A stretch of DNA of 64,000 nt, taken from positions 1 through 64,000 of the forward strand of contig JAAOMT010000254.1 of NCBI GenBank assembly GCA_016748015.1, in the 5' to 3' direction. The translations under genes and the position numbers were made by a program. Positions 43,150 to 55,393 of the stretch are shown piece after piece (position 1 is the stretch's first letter; each line of letters begins with the position of its first letter). This DNA comes from Geosiphon pyriformis uo1 (lineage: Eukaryota > Fungi > Glomeromycota). Below the pieces are notes generated by a model. That model saw only the letters and a program-made list of their open reading frames with translations. It was not told the origin of the DNA and searched no databases.

Positions 43150-43960
43150 GAAATTTGGTCTGAAAATTGTTGAAATTTCAGTTCTGTGAGCTTTCCAATG
43201 TATTGAATCTTTAAAGGTCATAAAATTGGGTTTTGTAGAACATTTTCACAGGTGTGGAACAAGTCATAAAGTCTAAGAACAGCTCTGAGCTTGTAGCGAC
43301 TGTTTGTTGGTCCAGTTGTTGTCTTGAATTTGTTGTGAAGTTGTTTCTGAATAGCTTCTTTTGTGAGGTTTGCTGTTGTAAATTCAGTTTCCGTTTATAG
43401 AGTGTTTTTCCAATGTGAAAATATCTATAGATTGGAGGATATTCAGTGTTTTTCTCATTGAGACACAGTTGAAGTCTTTGTTGAATTGTAGCATTTGGTG
43501 AAATACTAATTGGAGTGAGCATTAGGTTTTCTCTTAAAGCAAGCTTTAAAAGTTCTGGCAAGTAAATTCCAGAATAACTTCTTGTGTTCTTCTTATATGG
43601 GTGATATTTTTGTGAATTTAGGGCTAAATTTGTAACTACTTCTGTTTGGGTATAATTAATGTGGTTTCCAGTAACAGTAATGGATAATTCCTGTCTCTTA
43701 TACACATCAAGTTCTGGCAAGTAAATTCCAGAATAACTTCTTGTGTTCTTCTTATATGGGTGATATTTTTGTGAATTTAGGGCTAAATTTGTAACTACTT
43801 CTGTTTGGGTATAATTAATGTGGTTTCCAGTAACAGTAATGGATAATTCAGGTATTGTTTTTAAAGCTAACATTAGTTTTTGGGATAATTGTTGAATGTT
43901 TTAAGGAATAGACATTATAAGAGATTTGAAAATAAAAGAAAATTATTTTTGGTGTATGGG
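43150..43960 (-). pseudogene. Extra ORF (ORF3) of Gypsy C between integrase and 3' LTR; unknown function
   Basis: 220-aa ORF 43211-43873, of which 53 aa are artefactual. A homolog sits at the same position in element A (38159-38365, YFQIGKTLY). Confidence 0.75.
43691..43708 (+). other. Nextera/Tn5 mosaic-end adapter contamination
   Basis: CTGTCTCTTATACACATC, 18 of the 19 nt of the Tn5 mosaic end, lies between two identical 141-bp copies. Confidence 0.95.
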
Positions 43961-44039
43961 TTTTTATGTTATTTTTTTTTTGTTTTGATTGTTTCTAAAT
44001 TATAAGGGAATAACTAGTAAAATTAAATTAAGTGTTCAG

Positions 44040-47000
44040 GTTAGAAGGTTGTTTAATGACAACTATTGGTTTTAAGTTTTGGGGAATATCTTCAGGATTG
44101 ACTAAAGGGAAATATGTACCAATTTATGGAATTAATGGTTTAGGATTGTTTCTGGAATAATAGTGTTTTAAACAATCTCTATGTGCAACTTTTGCTAGGA
44201 TTTTGTCATTAAGTCTTAGCTTGTATGATCTATTGCTTAGGACTTCATGGATAAAGAATGGTCCATCCCATTTATTTTCAAATTTTCCACTCCATTGTTT
44301 TTCAGCTTTAGTTCTGTGTAAGAGAACTTTGTTTCCGATTTTAAATTCATTGGTAACTGGAGGCAATTTGTCATTATGCCATTCTTTTTGTCAAGTTTGG
44401 GAGTGTTTAATATGGATGGCTGCTATTTGTCATTTTCCTTCCAATGTGTTAAGCAGAGTGTAGGCTCTTCACTAAAGCGTTTCTTGGAAATTGTTTTCAT
44501 CGATTAGTTGTGCTGGGTATGTTTCTACTGTGAAACTAATTGGTAATGTTGCTGTCTTTCCGTAAGTTAAATCAAATAGTGTGTGTTTTGTGGTATCTTG
44601 TTTTAGTGTTCTGTATGCTAGCAACACTGATGGAATAAAGATATCCCACTCTTGCTCAAAATCGGTTGAGACTTTGGCTAATGACTCACACAATGTTCTG
44701 TTAAAACGTTCCACAAGTCCATTTGTTTGTGGATGGTAGGGCAAAGACAAAGGTCTTTTGACATTGAATTGTTCGCAAATTTCTTGTATCAGATTGTTCA
44801 CAAAGTGCATCCCCTGATTGGATAAAAGTTCAATTGAACATCCATGTCTACAAATGATGTCTTCGTAGATGAAATTTGCTACTGATTTTGCATCTGCTCA
44901 TTGAATGGCTCTGGTTTCGGGCCATTTAGTAAGATAGTCTACAGCTACTACAATATAACGGTTTCCTTGAGTGGTAATAGATAGTGGTCCGACTAAATCG
45001 ATACCAACTCAGTTAAAGAGTTGTCCAACTTTAATTGGATTTAATGATTCAGTAGGGTGTGTTCTTTCTCTTCTTTGACTACTATCACAAGATTCAACAT
45101 ATTCATGAATGTCTTTTCTCATTTGAGGCCAAAAATAGTATTCTAGTGTTCTTTGGGTGGTGCCATCTTTTTCGAAGTGTGCTGATGAAGGATCTGAGTG
45201 CATGTTGTATAATATAGTCTCTTTTTTTTGTTCTTGTATTAATCTGAATGGTTTGTTTGGGTTTTTGAAATTTCAATGATAAATAATGTTGTTGTGTAGA
45301 AAATATTGTTTGGCTTGTTGTTGTAGTTGATGTTTTTCATCTGGAGACCAATCTGTTGGGATTGTTAATGTTTCCAAATATTGCTTGAGATTGTTGTAGT
45401 TTTTTGAATTCATTGTTTGTTGGCTCTTTTGGTTGGTTAAGTTGAGTGTTGGTTTTTGTGTTTTCTAATCTTGTCTCATTCTGGAGAGACAGTCAACATT
45501 GGTGTAAAGTTTTCCTGGTTTGTGATGTACTATGTATTGATAGTTTGCTAGAAATCCTGTCCATTGGGTTTGTTTTACATTCAGCTGAGTATTTTTGTTC
45601 TGAAGCCATTTGAGTCCAATATTATCAGTGATAATATCGAATTCTTTAGGCCTAAGATAAAGGTTAAAGTGGTGTAGGGCCCAAATTACGGCTGCTGTTT
45701 CTAGTTCTGTGGCAGGATAATTCTTCTCAGCTGGTTTTAATGTTCTGCTGGCATAGGCGATTACTCGCTCATTTCCATTGTCATCCAATTGTAATAGGAT
45801 AGCACCAAAGACAGTATAAAAGGCATCTGTTGCTAATCGGAATCGGTTGCTGAAATCCAGGTAGGCAAGGATTGGAACTGTTGTCAGTTTTTCTTTGAGA
45901 ATTTCAAAAGCTTTTTGGTATTCGGTAGTTTATTTGTATTCAACGTTTTTGGTGATGAGCTGGTTGAGGGGTTTGCAATTTTTAAGAATCCTTTGATAAA
46001 CTTCCGATAGTAGGATGCTAATCTTATGAATCCTCTTAGTTCTGTAGTGTTTTGAGGAGTTTTGAAGTTTTTGACAATGTTGATTTTTCCAGGGTCTGGT
46101 TTGATTCTATCTTTACTAATGATATGACCAAGGAAGGCCAGGCTTGTTTTTCCAAAGTAGCATTTTTTGACATTAAGTTTTAGTCCTGCTTTTCGTAATC
46201 GTTGAAAAACTTCTTACAGGTGTTTTAAGTATAATTCGAATGATAGAGAATAAACATCAGTATCGTCAAGATAAACGACTACTGACTTTCAAAGAAGTCT
46301 TTGGTACACAACATCCATTAATCTCTGAAACATTGCTGGTACATTGCATAATCCAAAAGGCATTACATTGAACTCATAATTTTTGCCTTGGGTGGTGAAT
46401 GCTGTTTTGGGTGATCTTTGGAGTCCATAGCAACTTGCCAGTAACTGCTTTCTAAATCTAGTGTTGAAAAGTATTTGGATTTTCCAAGAGCATCTAACAT
46501 GTTATTGATTCGGGGAAGGGGGTAGGCGTTTCCAATTGTAATACTGTTGAGTTGTCAATAATCAACACAAAATCGGATCTTTCCATTTTTCTTTTTAACT
46601 AGCACTACAGATAAAGCCCAAGGACTCATAGAGGGTTGGATGAGTCTATTGTTAAGCATTCATTGTACTTCTTCTCAGATAAATTGGTGGCTTTCTGGAG
46701 CAACTTGATATGCTTGTTGTCTTCTTGGTTTGGCATCTCCTGTATAAATTTAGTGTTGGACCAAATTGGTTCTTCCTAAGTCATTGTTGTTTTCAGCGAA
46801 GATATTGGCAAATTCTATAATTAGCTCTTTGAGCTGGGTCTGTTGTTGTGGTTCAAGTTGTCCCATGTTGATTCGAGATAGTTTTTCTATGACAACATAA
46901 TAGTTTTCGGAGCTGGGGTTTGGGTTGATTTTTGGTAATGAATGTCCAATAATTTCAGAGAAATCGGAAACTGTTTGGGGTAATTCTTGTTGAAATATAT

Positions 47001-50000
47001 TACTGTGAATAACTCCAATTTCTAAATTATTTAAGAAAATTATGAGGTAATTATTGGGGTTGTAAAAAGTAACTCGGACTTTTTTTGTTCTTTCTGAAAT
47101 ATAAATGTTTGGGATCAAAATATTATGTTCCAAGCAAACTTGTTCATTGGACTCAAAAATTTGTTGTGTGGCTGTTGGCTTTAGGCAGATGTAGATTTCT
47201 GGATGTTCTCCAAAGGGTGAAATGGTAATCAGTTGTGGAAGTCTAAGAATCTGGTGGGATTCGTTCTATATGTTAAGAGCTATATTAACTGGAACTGTGA
47301 ATCATCCAGTTGAACCAAAATCTTGGGTTCTTCTATCACTTTTTCCTAATTGTTCTCTTTGATTGACTAGTTGCAAACCCGAAATGTTGATTAAGGGTAG
47401 GTAAATAGCTTGGGCAATTTTTTCAGCATGTTTGATCTTGAATGGTTTGTCAGTTTCATTTTAAAGCATCACTGTAATGTCTTCAGTATATCTAGCATCA
47501 ATTATTTCTCTTTTAACATTGATTCCTTTGCTTGCCAAAGAAGACCGGGAGATGATTTGAACCATTGCTCCTGGCGGGATTTCAAGTGCAATTTTGAGGT
47601 TGATTTTTGTGAGAGATTTGGGTTTGAGAACAAGTGTATCCTTGCCTGGATATCTTAGGTCATATCCAGCATCAATTTCGTGTGCTTTTTCAGGTTTTAT
47701 TCCTTGTCCATTGTTTTTGAAGTATTTAAGTTGTAAGGCAGGCTGATTTTTAATAAGATAGATGGGTGTTGCTTCAATTTTTTCTGTTGCTTCAGGTTCT
47801 CCAAATTTAATTTTGTTCTCATCATTTTCACTGGGCAAGGGGATACTAAGAGCATAGCATTCAGGACATTACTGTTCATCACAAGGCATAATGTATTCTT
47901 CACATAACCTAATGTTCATTTGCTCTAATCATTGAATTTGAGCTTCTTGGGTTGGGTAGGTATAACTTGCAATTTGGTGGTAGACTTCTATTTCGTCTTC
48001 GTAATCGAATCCAGCTAATTCTATGGTGTATTCAATGTATTCTGCTTCTTTTATTTGACGAACATCTTTTTTGGTAGCTCCATTAATTAATGCCATTGCT
48101 AGGTTGAAAATCATCTTAGCATCATGGGGGTAGTGATAAAGTTTGTTGAGAGCACTGTTGTATGCTGCATTAAAGGGTGTTTCTCTTTTTACTTTTTCTG
48201 AAATTAATAAAGCATATTGGCAGGTCTGATCACAAACTCCTCCTCTCATGGCTACATCAATTCAATCGCATTCTTCCAGTAGCATATTTCCACAAGTTAA
48301 ACAAGGAGTGTTATTCTATTTTCTGCTCTTTTTTATTAGATGGCTCCATCGTTCTCTGTGACAAGCCTTGCAGTAATAACAAGTATGATTTTCATATTCT
48401 TTTTCAGATGAAATGCAGGCTCCCATTGATAATAGTTTCTTGTGGCAGTCCTTACATTTAAGGGGAATATAGGGGTGTTGTTTCCTTGGTTCGGGTTTTA
48501 AGTAAGGGATATTCTATCCAGAGGTTTTGGGTTCAGAGTGTGGGGTAAAATGTTCTTGTTCTGTTTTATCAGCCCAGTTGGACATTGATCCAAAAGCCAT
48601 GAATGTTTTAATGAGGGGTTTTTCCTCTTCTGGTTCGAATTCAAAAGCTGGGGCTTTTTCAGAGCGTTTGTTGAATGTACTACAAGTGGCAGGTACCCGG
48701 ACGTGTTGTCCTTGGTAGGAGATTGTTAACTCTTGTGTTTCCCAATTCAGATTAGCATTGGCTTTTTGAAGCCAATCATTTCTGATGAAAGCTTGGTACT
48801 GGAGTGCATCCATTATAAGAACTTTGACTGGAATGGTAATTCCATCAAGAGTGAACGGAAAATTGTCAATTTCTCCTACTAGGGTCTTTTTTATGTCATT
48901 GGCAGTAACAATTACTGATTGAGCTGGTTGGTCGACATTTCTCTTCAACTGTTGCATTAACTGGTAGGTGATAATGCTTCTGGCGAATTTATTGTCTAGG
49001 ATCAAGCGAATTGTCTTTCCTTTGACTTCTGCTTCAGTGTATATAGCTGTGATTGCTTTTTGTTCATTGACGGCTGCATTGCTAAGCAAGAATGGTAATT
49101 CATTTGCTTTAAACTCAAAAGGTAATATATTTAAAAGGTTAGCATTTTCAGCAATTCTGGCTAGTGGGATTGTGGTGAAAGTATAGGAAGGGTTTTGTTG
49201 TTGTGCTGCAGCTCTATCTTCCGAGAGTGCAGTATGGTGAAAATCCTGTTCTTCTGGCATTGTTAAATAACTGGGTTAAGTGTAGTAGTGGTTGGGTCTT
49301 GGTTGAGTGGAATTTTGGGGAACTAATTGGTTGTTCGAACTGATTCTATTGTTGTTTACTTGGTATCAGTTTTATGGTGTAAATTGATTTTGTGTAATCA
49401 GTCTTCGAGCAGGTACTTGATAATGTTGTATGGGTGGTTGTTGGTACTGCTGTTGGATTGGCTGTGGGATGGGCTGATAATAGTTATTTTGGTATTGGGA
49501 TCTTGGTGGATAGTAAGCTGGTGGTGGTGATTGATAATAAGATTGCTGTGGTAGAGGGTAACGTTGATTACTCCTATTTTGTTGGTCTCATTGTAGCTTT
49601 CTGCAATCTTTTTTCTAGTGGCCAGAAATTCCACAGTAATGGCAATTCTGAGGCTGGTTATTGGAAAGTGATACAAAGTTATTTTGATTTTGTCTTTGGA
49701 GTGGTTGATATCTTTGGGGTTGCTATTGTTGTTGATTGGTGAAATAGTTTTCAACCTTTTTTGTGAGTTGGTCAATTTTTTCCTTAGCTGCTGAGCTGGT
49801 TTTTCCAATTGCCAAATTTACAAGTTTTGTGCAATTGGCCTCTTCCATAGCCATTTCATATCTTTTCGCATGCTGTATGGCAGAGTTTAAATCTTCTGGC
49901 ACATGTGGGCAAACCTTCTTAATTAGTTTATCTTTTAGACCAGCGATAAATTGATCCAAGATTTGAGCATCGGAATAATAATTGTTTGTTTTGAGTTGGC

Positions 50001-51076
50001 GAATTTGTCTGAGAAGTTTGTTGAATTTCCCAATATAAGTTATAACAGATTCAGAGGGTTCTTGTTTGATATTTCGAAAATGATTACGAAGGGTGATGGA
50101 GGTATTATTGTTGGTGAACTGTTCAAGAAAGGCTGCTTTGAAAGCGTTCCAATCATTGAATAGGACAGCCAAGTTTTCAAACCCCTGCTGTTCCTTTGAG
50201 AAAGTAGGAAATTGTTCTTAACATTCTGGCAGCATTCCATCCATTTGCATCTCCAGCTTTAGTAACTTGGTCGAGCTATTCTTGGGGACTGGTCTCAATA
50301 TCTTTTCCATTAAATTCAGAGATTTTTGTGATGTATGTTGTCATTTTGTCTTCTTCGTTTTCACTGTCTATTGATTCTTTTTCAGTTATTTCAGAGTTGT
50401 TTTCTTTATTTGCTGCTGTCTCAGAGTGTTCACTTTGATTTTCAGCTAGAAAATCAAGGAGATTGGAATTAGTTTGAAGGAGTTCTTGTTGTCTGGTGAG
50501 ACTTCTGAGTGATGTAAAATCTTCTGGTCTTGCAAATTGATTCAAGGGTGAATTAGGTGTTTGTGCTTGTGCAAGTGAAACTAGAAAAGGTGTGATAGTA
50601 AGTGGAAGTTTTGAACTGGTTCCTTGTTCAGGTGTTTGTAAATAGTTGGCAGTTGTTTTTGGTAGTGTTGGAGTATTTGGAGTGGTTTTTGAGTATTGTT
50701 TTAATTTGTTTTTGTCTTTGTTGCTTGTTTCTGTTTCCAATTCAAAATCAATAGTGTATTGAGACTGCACTGGATATGTTTCTTCACAGTATTTGATAAT
50801 GTTAAAATTAAGTTCGTGAAAGTAAGTGGCAAGTGTTTTACTGTTAAGGTCTTCAGTTCCCAACTGTAAATAGTGTGCTAAATTATTGTAAAGGTTGCTT
50901 TTAACTTCTGAGATATTGTAATTTCTAAAAAGATAATTGTTGATGTGGTTTTCAATGTATTGGTATACTGATTTCTTGAAAACTTCAATTCCGTCTGAAA
51001 TGTTGAATCTTTGCTTGCAGTGGGTGTAAATTGACTGGTAATACTCTAGAGTTGTTGCATCTGGTGTGGTCGCCAC
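44040..51076 (-). pseudogene. gag-pol polyprotein of Gypsy C, broken by stops and frameshifts
   Basis: Retrotransposon gag (49723-50270); knuckle CHYCGISGH*KKDC (~49600-49645); protease LILDNKFARS (48514-49260); RT with VYLDD (~46260-46280); RNase H (ERVIAYASR..EKNY..ELE); integrase (GIDLVGP, NGLVERFNRTL, WDGPF). No chromodomain seen. Confidence 0.95.
47303..47715 (-). pseudogene. dUTPase domain within pol of Gypsy C
   Basis: All five motifs are recognisable: DAGYDL, SRSSLASKG, IIDARYTED, IAQA, RTQDFGSTG. Confidence 0.92.
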
Positions 51077-51107
51077 TTTGAATTTGTTGTTGCTGTGTTA
51101 TTTCTGT

Positions 51108-51119
51108 GGGAGAGCACCA
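51108..51119 (-). promoter_or_regulatory. Primer-binding site of Gypsy C
   Basis: TGGTGCTCTCCC lies 2 nt inside the 5' LTR boundary and is complementary to a tRNA ending ...GGGAGAGCACCA (possibly elongator Met; inference). Confidence 0.8.
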
Positions 51120-51121
51120 AA

Positions 51122-52104
51122 TGTTACTGGAGGTTTTTGGTCTCTTTTCTTAAATGTTGTCGATATTTGTTTGCTGCGAATTCACATTTTCTGGATGTGG
51201 TTGAACCTCCAATAACTGAATTTATCTTCAAATTATCTTCTATAATTTGAACTGCTGGGCTTATAAGTAGAATGGCCAATTCCATGCCAGTTGCTTTATG
51301 TAGTTACGTTGTAGTAAATGTCAACTCTTTCCCAGGAAATGCTCGTCTGGAAGCTCACTAAAAAAAATGTGTAGTTACTTTGCTGTGAAAGTCAACTCTT
51401 CTACAGAAATTTTGTCTGTAGGCTACTCTAATGATTGTAATAAGAAAAGAAAAGAAAAATAAAAAAAATGTAAAAAAAATAGGATTTTATCAAGGGAAAC
51501 GTTTTCTATCCAGGCCTGGAGTCACTAACAGTTTACTGAAATTGGTAGCTAATCAATTTCAAAACGTTAGTTGGGTTTTGGGGATTTTCCAAGTGCAATA
51601 ATTAAAGAATTTGGTTTTTCAAATTATTTGATATTTATTTCTTTGTGTGTGTGTAGAAATGGTTCTAAGTGATAAATCTAAAGTAAGATACATTTTTTTG
51701 AAGAGAGATGCTTTTCTTTTATACAACTTGTTGTAACACTATTCTATAAACTTGAACTTTGCTATTTTCTACAATTTCACTGAACTAAAGATATATTTTG
51801 GCGAACTACAAGTTATTTCTGCAAACTATTAGATATTTCGGTAAACTATCAATTATTTCGGCGAATTTCTACAAATTTTGACGAACTTTTTGAATGTTAC
51901 ATAGTTCGGGGTATTGCATGATTTGATCATCGCAATTAGGTTACATTTGTGTTGTGTACAAATTGGGTTATTAATTAAATGATAATTTCGGACATTTTGC
52001 TAATGTAATAAGTGATAATTTGAAACGATAATATATGCCAATTAATGATAGGATTTATAAGATAATTTCATGCTAAATAATATCTCTAATTTTGTCTGGT
52101 AACA
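51122..52104 (-). repeat. 5' LTR of Gypsy C
   Basis: Direct repeat of 42087-43069. Confidence 0.96.
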
Positions 52105-54659
52105 ATGTATAGGATAAAAGATTGATTCAAATCAGATTGTTTAAAGATTGGTTTAGTAACAAGTTTTTTCTTTAAAGTTTTAAAAGCTTTTTGTTAATAA
52201 GTGTTCCAGTAATAATTGACATTTTTTTTGAGTAGCTAATTGAGAGAAAAAGCGATTTTGGAGAAATCCTTGATAAATTTGCAATAGTAAAAAGCCAAAC
52301 CAAGAAAAAAACATAGTTTAGGAACATTTATTAGTTGTCTAATGTTCTGGACTTTTTCAATTTTAGCTGGATCAGGAAAAATTCTATCTTTTGTAATAAG
52401 ATGACCAAAAAACTGGGTGGATTGTTATCTAAAAAAAAATTTGATTGGGTTTATCTTGAGACCAGTATTTCTTAGAAGGTCAAAAATCTTTTGTAAATGT
52501 TCTAAATGTTCATTTCAAATTTTTAAGTATACTATTATGTCGTCCAAATAGACCAGAACAAAGTTTTTTTTACTGATTTAAACACTTTGTTTATTAAGCA
52601 TTGAAAAGTGAAAGGGGCATTGATAAAACCAAAAGACATGACTGTGAATTCATAAGTGTTATACTTAGTAATAAACACAGTTTTTTTTCTGCTTTCTGGA
52701 TCTATCTTTACTTGCCAGAATTTAGTAGTTAAGTTAATAATTGAGAAAAAAGCAGCACCATTAAATTTATCTAGCATTGCATCAATTTTGGGAAGTAAAT
52801 ATATGCCTCTTATAGTAATAGCATTTAATTGACAATAGTCAACACAAAAGTGTAGGGTTCTACCTTTTTTAGATACCACTACAACTAAAAAAACTCATTT
52901 ATTCTTGGTTTTTTGTATGAATTCAAGATTTTTTATTTGGGTTATTTCTTTTTTAATAAACTTATTATTGTGCTAATTAGATTAATAAGACTTTAAATGG
53001 ATGAGGCAAATTTCTCTGTAAAAAAAGTTTTTTTCTGGTTGGCTTGCACTTTTACTCTTTGAAGGTGTGCCTACTAGTTTAAAGGCTAATAAACAGTGAC
53101 TTCAACTAAAAAATTCTTTACAAAGAAATTGATGTTGGCATGATTAGATCTTTAATTAAGGACATTGTTGTTGTTAATTTTGTTGTTCTGGTTATCATTA
53201 TTTCTAGGAGCTGGAAAAGACAAAAGAGGATTGTTGCAATCTCTGGAAAAATGTCCAGTTAATCTATAATGATAACACACAGGTGGGCCATAATTTTGTT
53301 GTTTTTAATAAGAGAGTTGCTAAAGCTGATTAAAATGAGATTCAAATCTGAATCTTTGTGGTTGCTAATTATTTCTAACTGCTTGGGCTAAGAGTTTTAA
53401 TAACCAGATAAAATTGGCTATAAGTCTATCTATTAACTGTTCATTTGGGTCTTGTGTTTGAACAGTAAAAGAAGTAGCAGCTATTTAAGAAACAGAAGCC
53501 ATAACAGGAGCAGAAGCAAAAACTAGAAGTGTGGATTTTAGGTGTATTCTTTGATTGTTTTCTATTCTCTGGACAAGTTCAATAGTCATATCTATTGTGG
53601 GATTATTTTTTAGAGCCAAGAGGGGCCAAAAAGCATAGGAAAAATTAGTTTTCAATTCTTTTGTAAAGAAATGAATTTTTTGCTTTTTTGTCCAGTTTTT
53701 TTTAAAGTCTACTTGTTTAATTAACTTTTTGATTGCTTTGGCATACTTAGTTACAATTTCACTGGGATTTTGGGTTTTTCTTTTTAATTTTATGTGCCAT
53801 TTGAATATTAGAATAGGAGTTTTAAATTTAGTTTCAAACTGGTTTGTAAAAAAGATGTTTTTTTTTAGCATTTGTTAATAATTTTTTTAAGCACTAGCAT
53901 CAGTTTCTTGTAAAAACCAAGTAATAAAAGAGCTTTAAAGATACTTACCAATGATTTATAACTTATACTCAGCATCATATTGATTGGCAGTAGCTGTTTT
54001 TTCAAAATTATCTAACCATTTAATTAGGTCTTGTACATTATTTCTGAATAAAGATAATAGAGTATTGTTTCTTTGCCTTAAAGCAGTTTTTATGCCTTGA
54101 AAGGCAGCCAGAATGTTTTGTTGTATAGAGTTATTAGTTATTGATTCAGGAGTAGCTGTTTGTGTGAAATGTTCTAATTCATTTGAGAAAAGATCAAAAA
54201 CAAGAACAGTTTGATAGCTTTCTTCTTCTGTTTCAAAGAGTGTTTTAGCTAGCTAATGGACAGCAATCCAAATGTGAATTTGATGATTTAGGTATTCAGA
54301 ATTAGGAGGCTATTGTTCAAAGATTGTGGAATATAAAAGCTAATTAATACTGTTGTTTTTTTCTTTAAAGTTGTCTTCAAAATAAGCTTAGTCAAAGTAA
54401 TAGATTGTATAAGCTATGTAGATTTCAGCTAAATGCTCATTCAAAAACTAGTTCTAAAAGTCTTAAAATTGTCTACTAGATTGTTTTTCAATAGAGAAGC
54501 AAATTAAACAGAAGGGCAAAGGGTTAAGTTCAATAAAGTTTAGATTGTTTTTGTTGTGTGCTTTAAAGTGTTCTTCTGATTTTTGTGGCAAGTATAAATA
54601 ATTATCCATATAATAGAAAAAAAAATGGATTTTAACAATTTTACAGAAAACACCATTTA

Positions 54660-55393
54660 TGTTATGGGTTGGAGTAATATGCTAACAGATAGCAAGAGAA
54701 AACAGGATTGTAAGATGATAAAAATAATCAAAAGAAGTGTTATAATAAGGGAGCAAATTGAATAAGTAAGAATTTAATATGCATGATCAGTCTCATAAAA
54801 ATTACAGTTGTAAATCTTTTCTGAAAATCTGAAGATAGAGGAATAGTCTGTAATTGTCAACAAAATAACACCACTGCTATTATATTATACCTCAACTTAG
54901 CAATTCTTAGAATTAATAATAGGTATCATTGTGTTTTTTAATTATTTTTTTATTTAATAAATCACAAAAACAAGCAATTGCTTCTTAGACTAATTCTAAC
55001 AAATACAAATTAAAAAAAAGAAAAGATAAAGTATGTAAATGCTAACAAGTAATTTTTTATTCCAAGATATTCAGATACTTAAAGGTAGAAAAAAAGAATA
55101 AACAATATGAGAAGAAGTAATTAATAGTATTTTATTTTGTTACTTTAATTATGTTTTTTTACAGCTAAGAGATTTATTACTTATATAGTTATTAAAAGTA
55201 GTCAACAACTAGGTCAATAATTAGGTCAATAATCAGATTAATGATTAGATCATTGATCTGATCAATAATTAGGTTAATGGTCAGGTTATTAATCAGGTCA
55301 ATAATCACTATTTAAAATAAGATGGTTAATTATGTAACATTAGTGGCTAATATATGTGATAATTAATAAAAAATGTGAGTTTTAACTGTAACA
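54660..55393 (-). repeat. 5' LTR of Gypsy B, with an expanded ~13-bp tandem array at ~55200-55310
   Basis: Direct repeat of 39067-39701. Extra (GGTCAATAATTA/CA)-like units account for its greater length. Confidence 0.9.

Larger units (their letters stand above)
42087..52104 (-). mobile_element. Gypsy element C, full length (~10 kb), youngest of the nest: gag-PR-extra domain-dUTPase-RT-RH-IN plus ORF3
   Basis: ~983-bp LTRs TGTTA...TAACA at 42087-43069 and 51122-52104; TSD GTGT/ATGT; PBS TGGTGCTCTCCC; PPT GAGGAAGAGG; complete Ty3/Gypsy domain order. Confidence 0.96.
39067..55393 (-). mobile_element. Gypsy element B, both LTRs present, 4-bp TSD ATAT, internal deletion of the protease region, interrupted by element C
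   Basis: LTRs at 39067-39701 and 54660-55393; ATAT at 39063-39066 and 55394-55397; degenerate PBS TGGTGTTTTC next to 54660. Also gag with a decayed zinc knuckle (~53230-53280), RT (52535-52879), RNase H split at 42086/52105, integrase (~40430-41650) and an extra ORF (~39720-40400). Confidence 0.92.

Noticed and set aside
43550-43849. Biological internal repeat in the ORF3 protein
   Set aside because: The copies flank a Nextera mosaic-end sequence and are absent from the homolog in element A.
43211-43873. Retroviral env gene
   Set aside because: No signal peptide, furin site/fusion peptide or transmembrane anchor is visible. Kept only as unknown ORF3.
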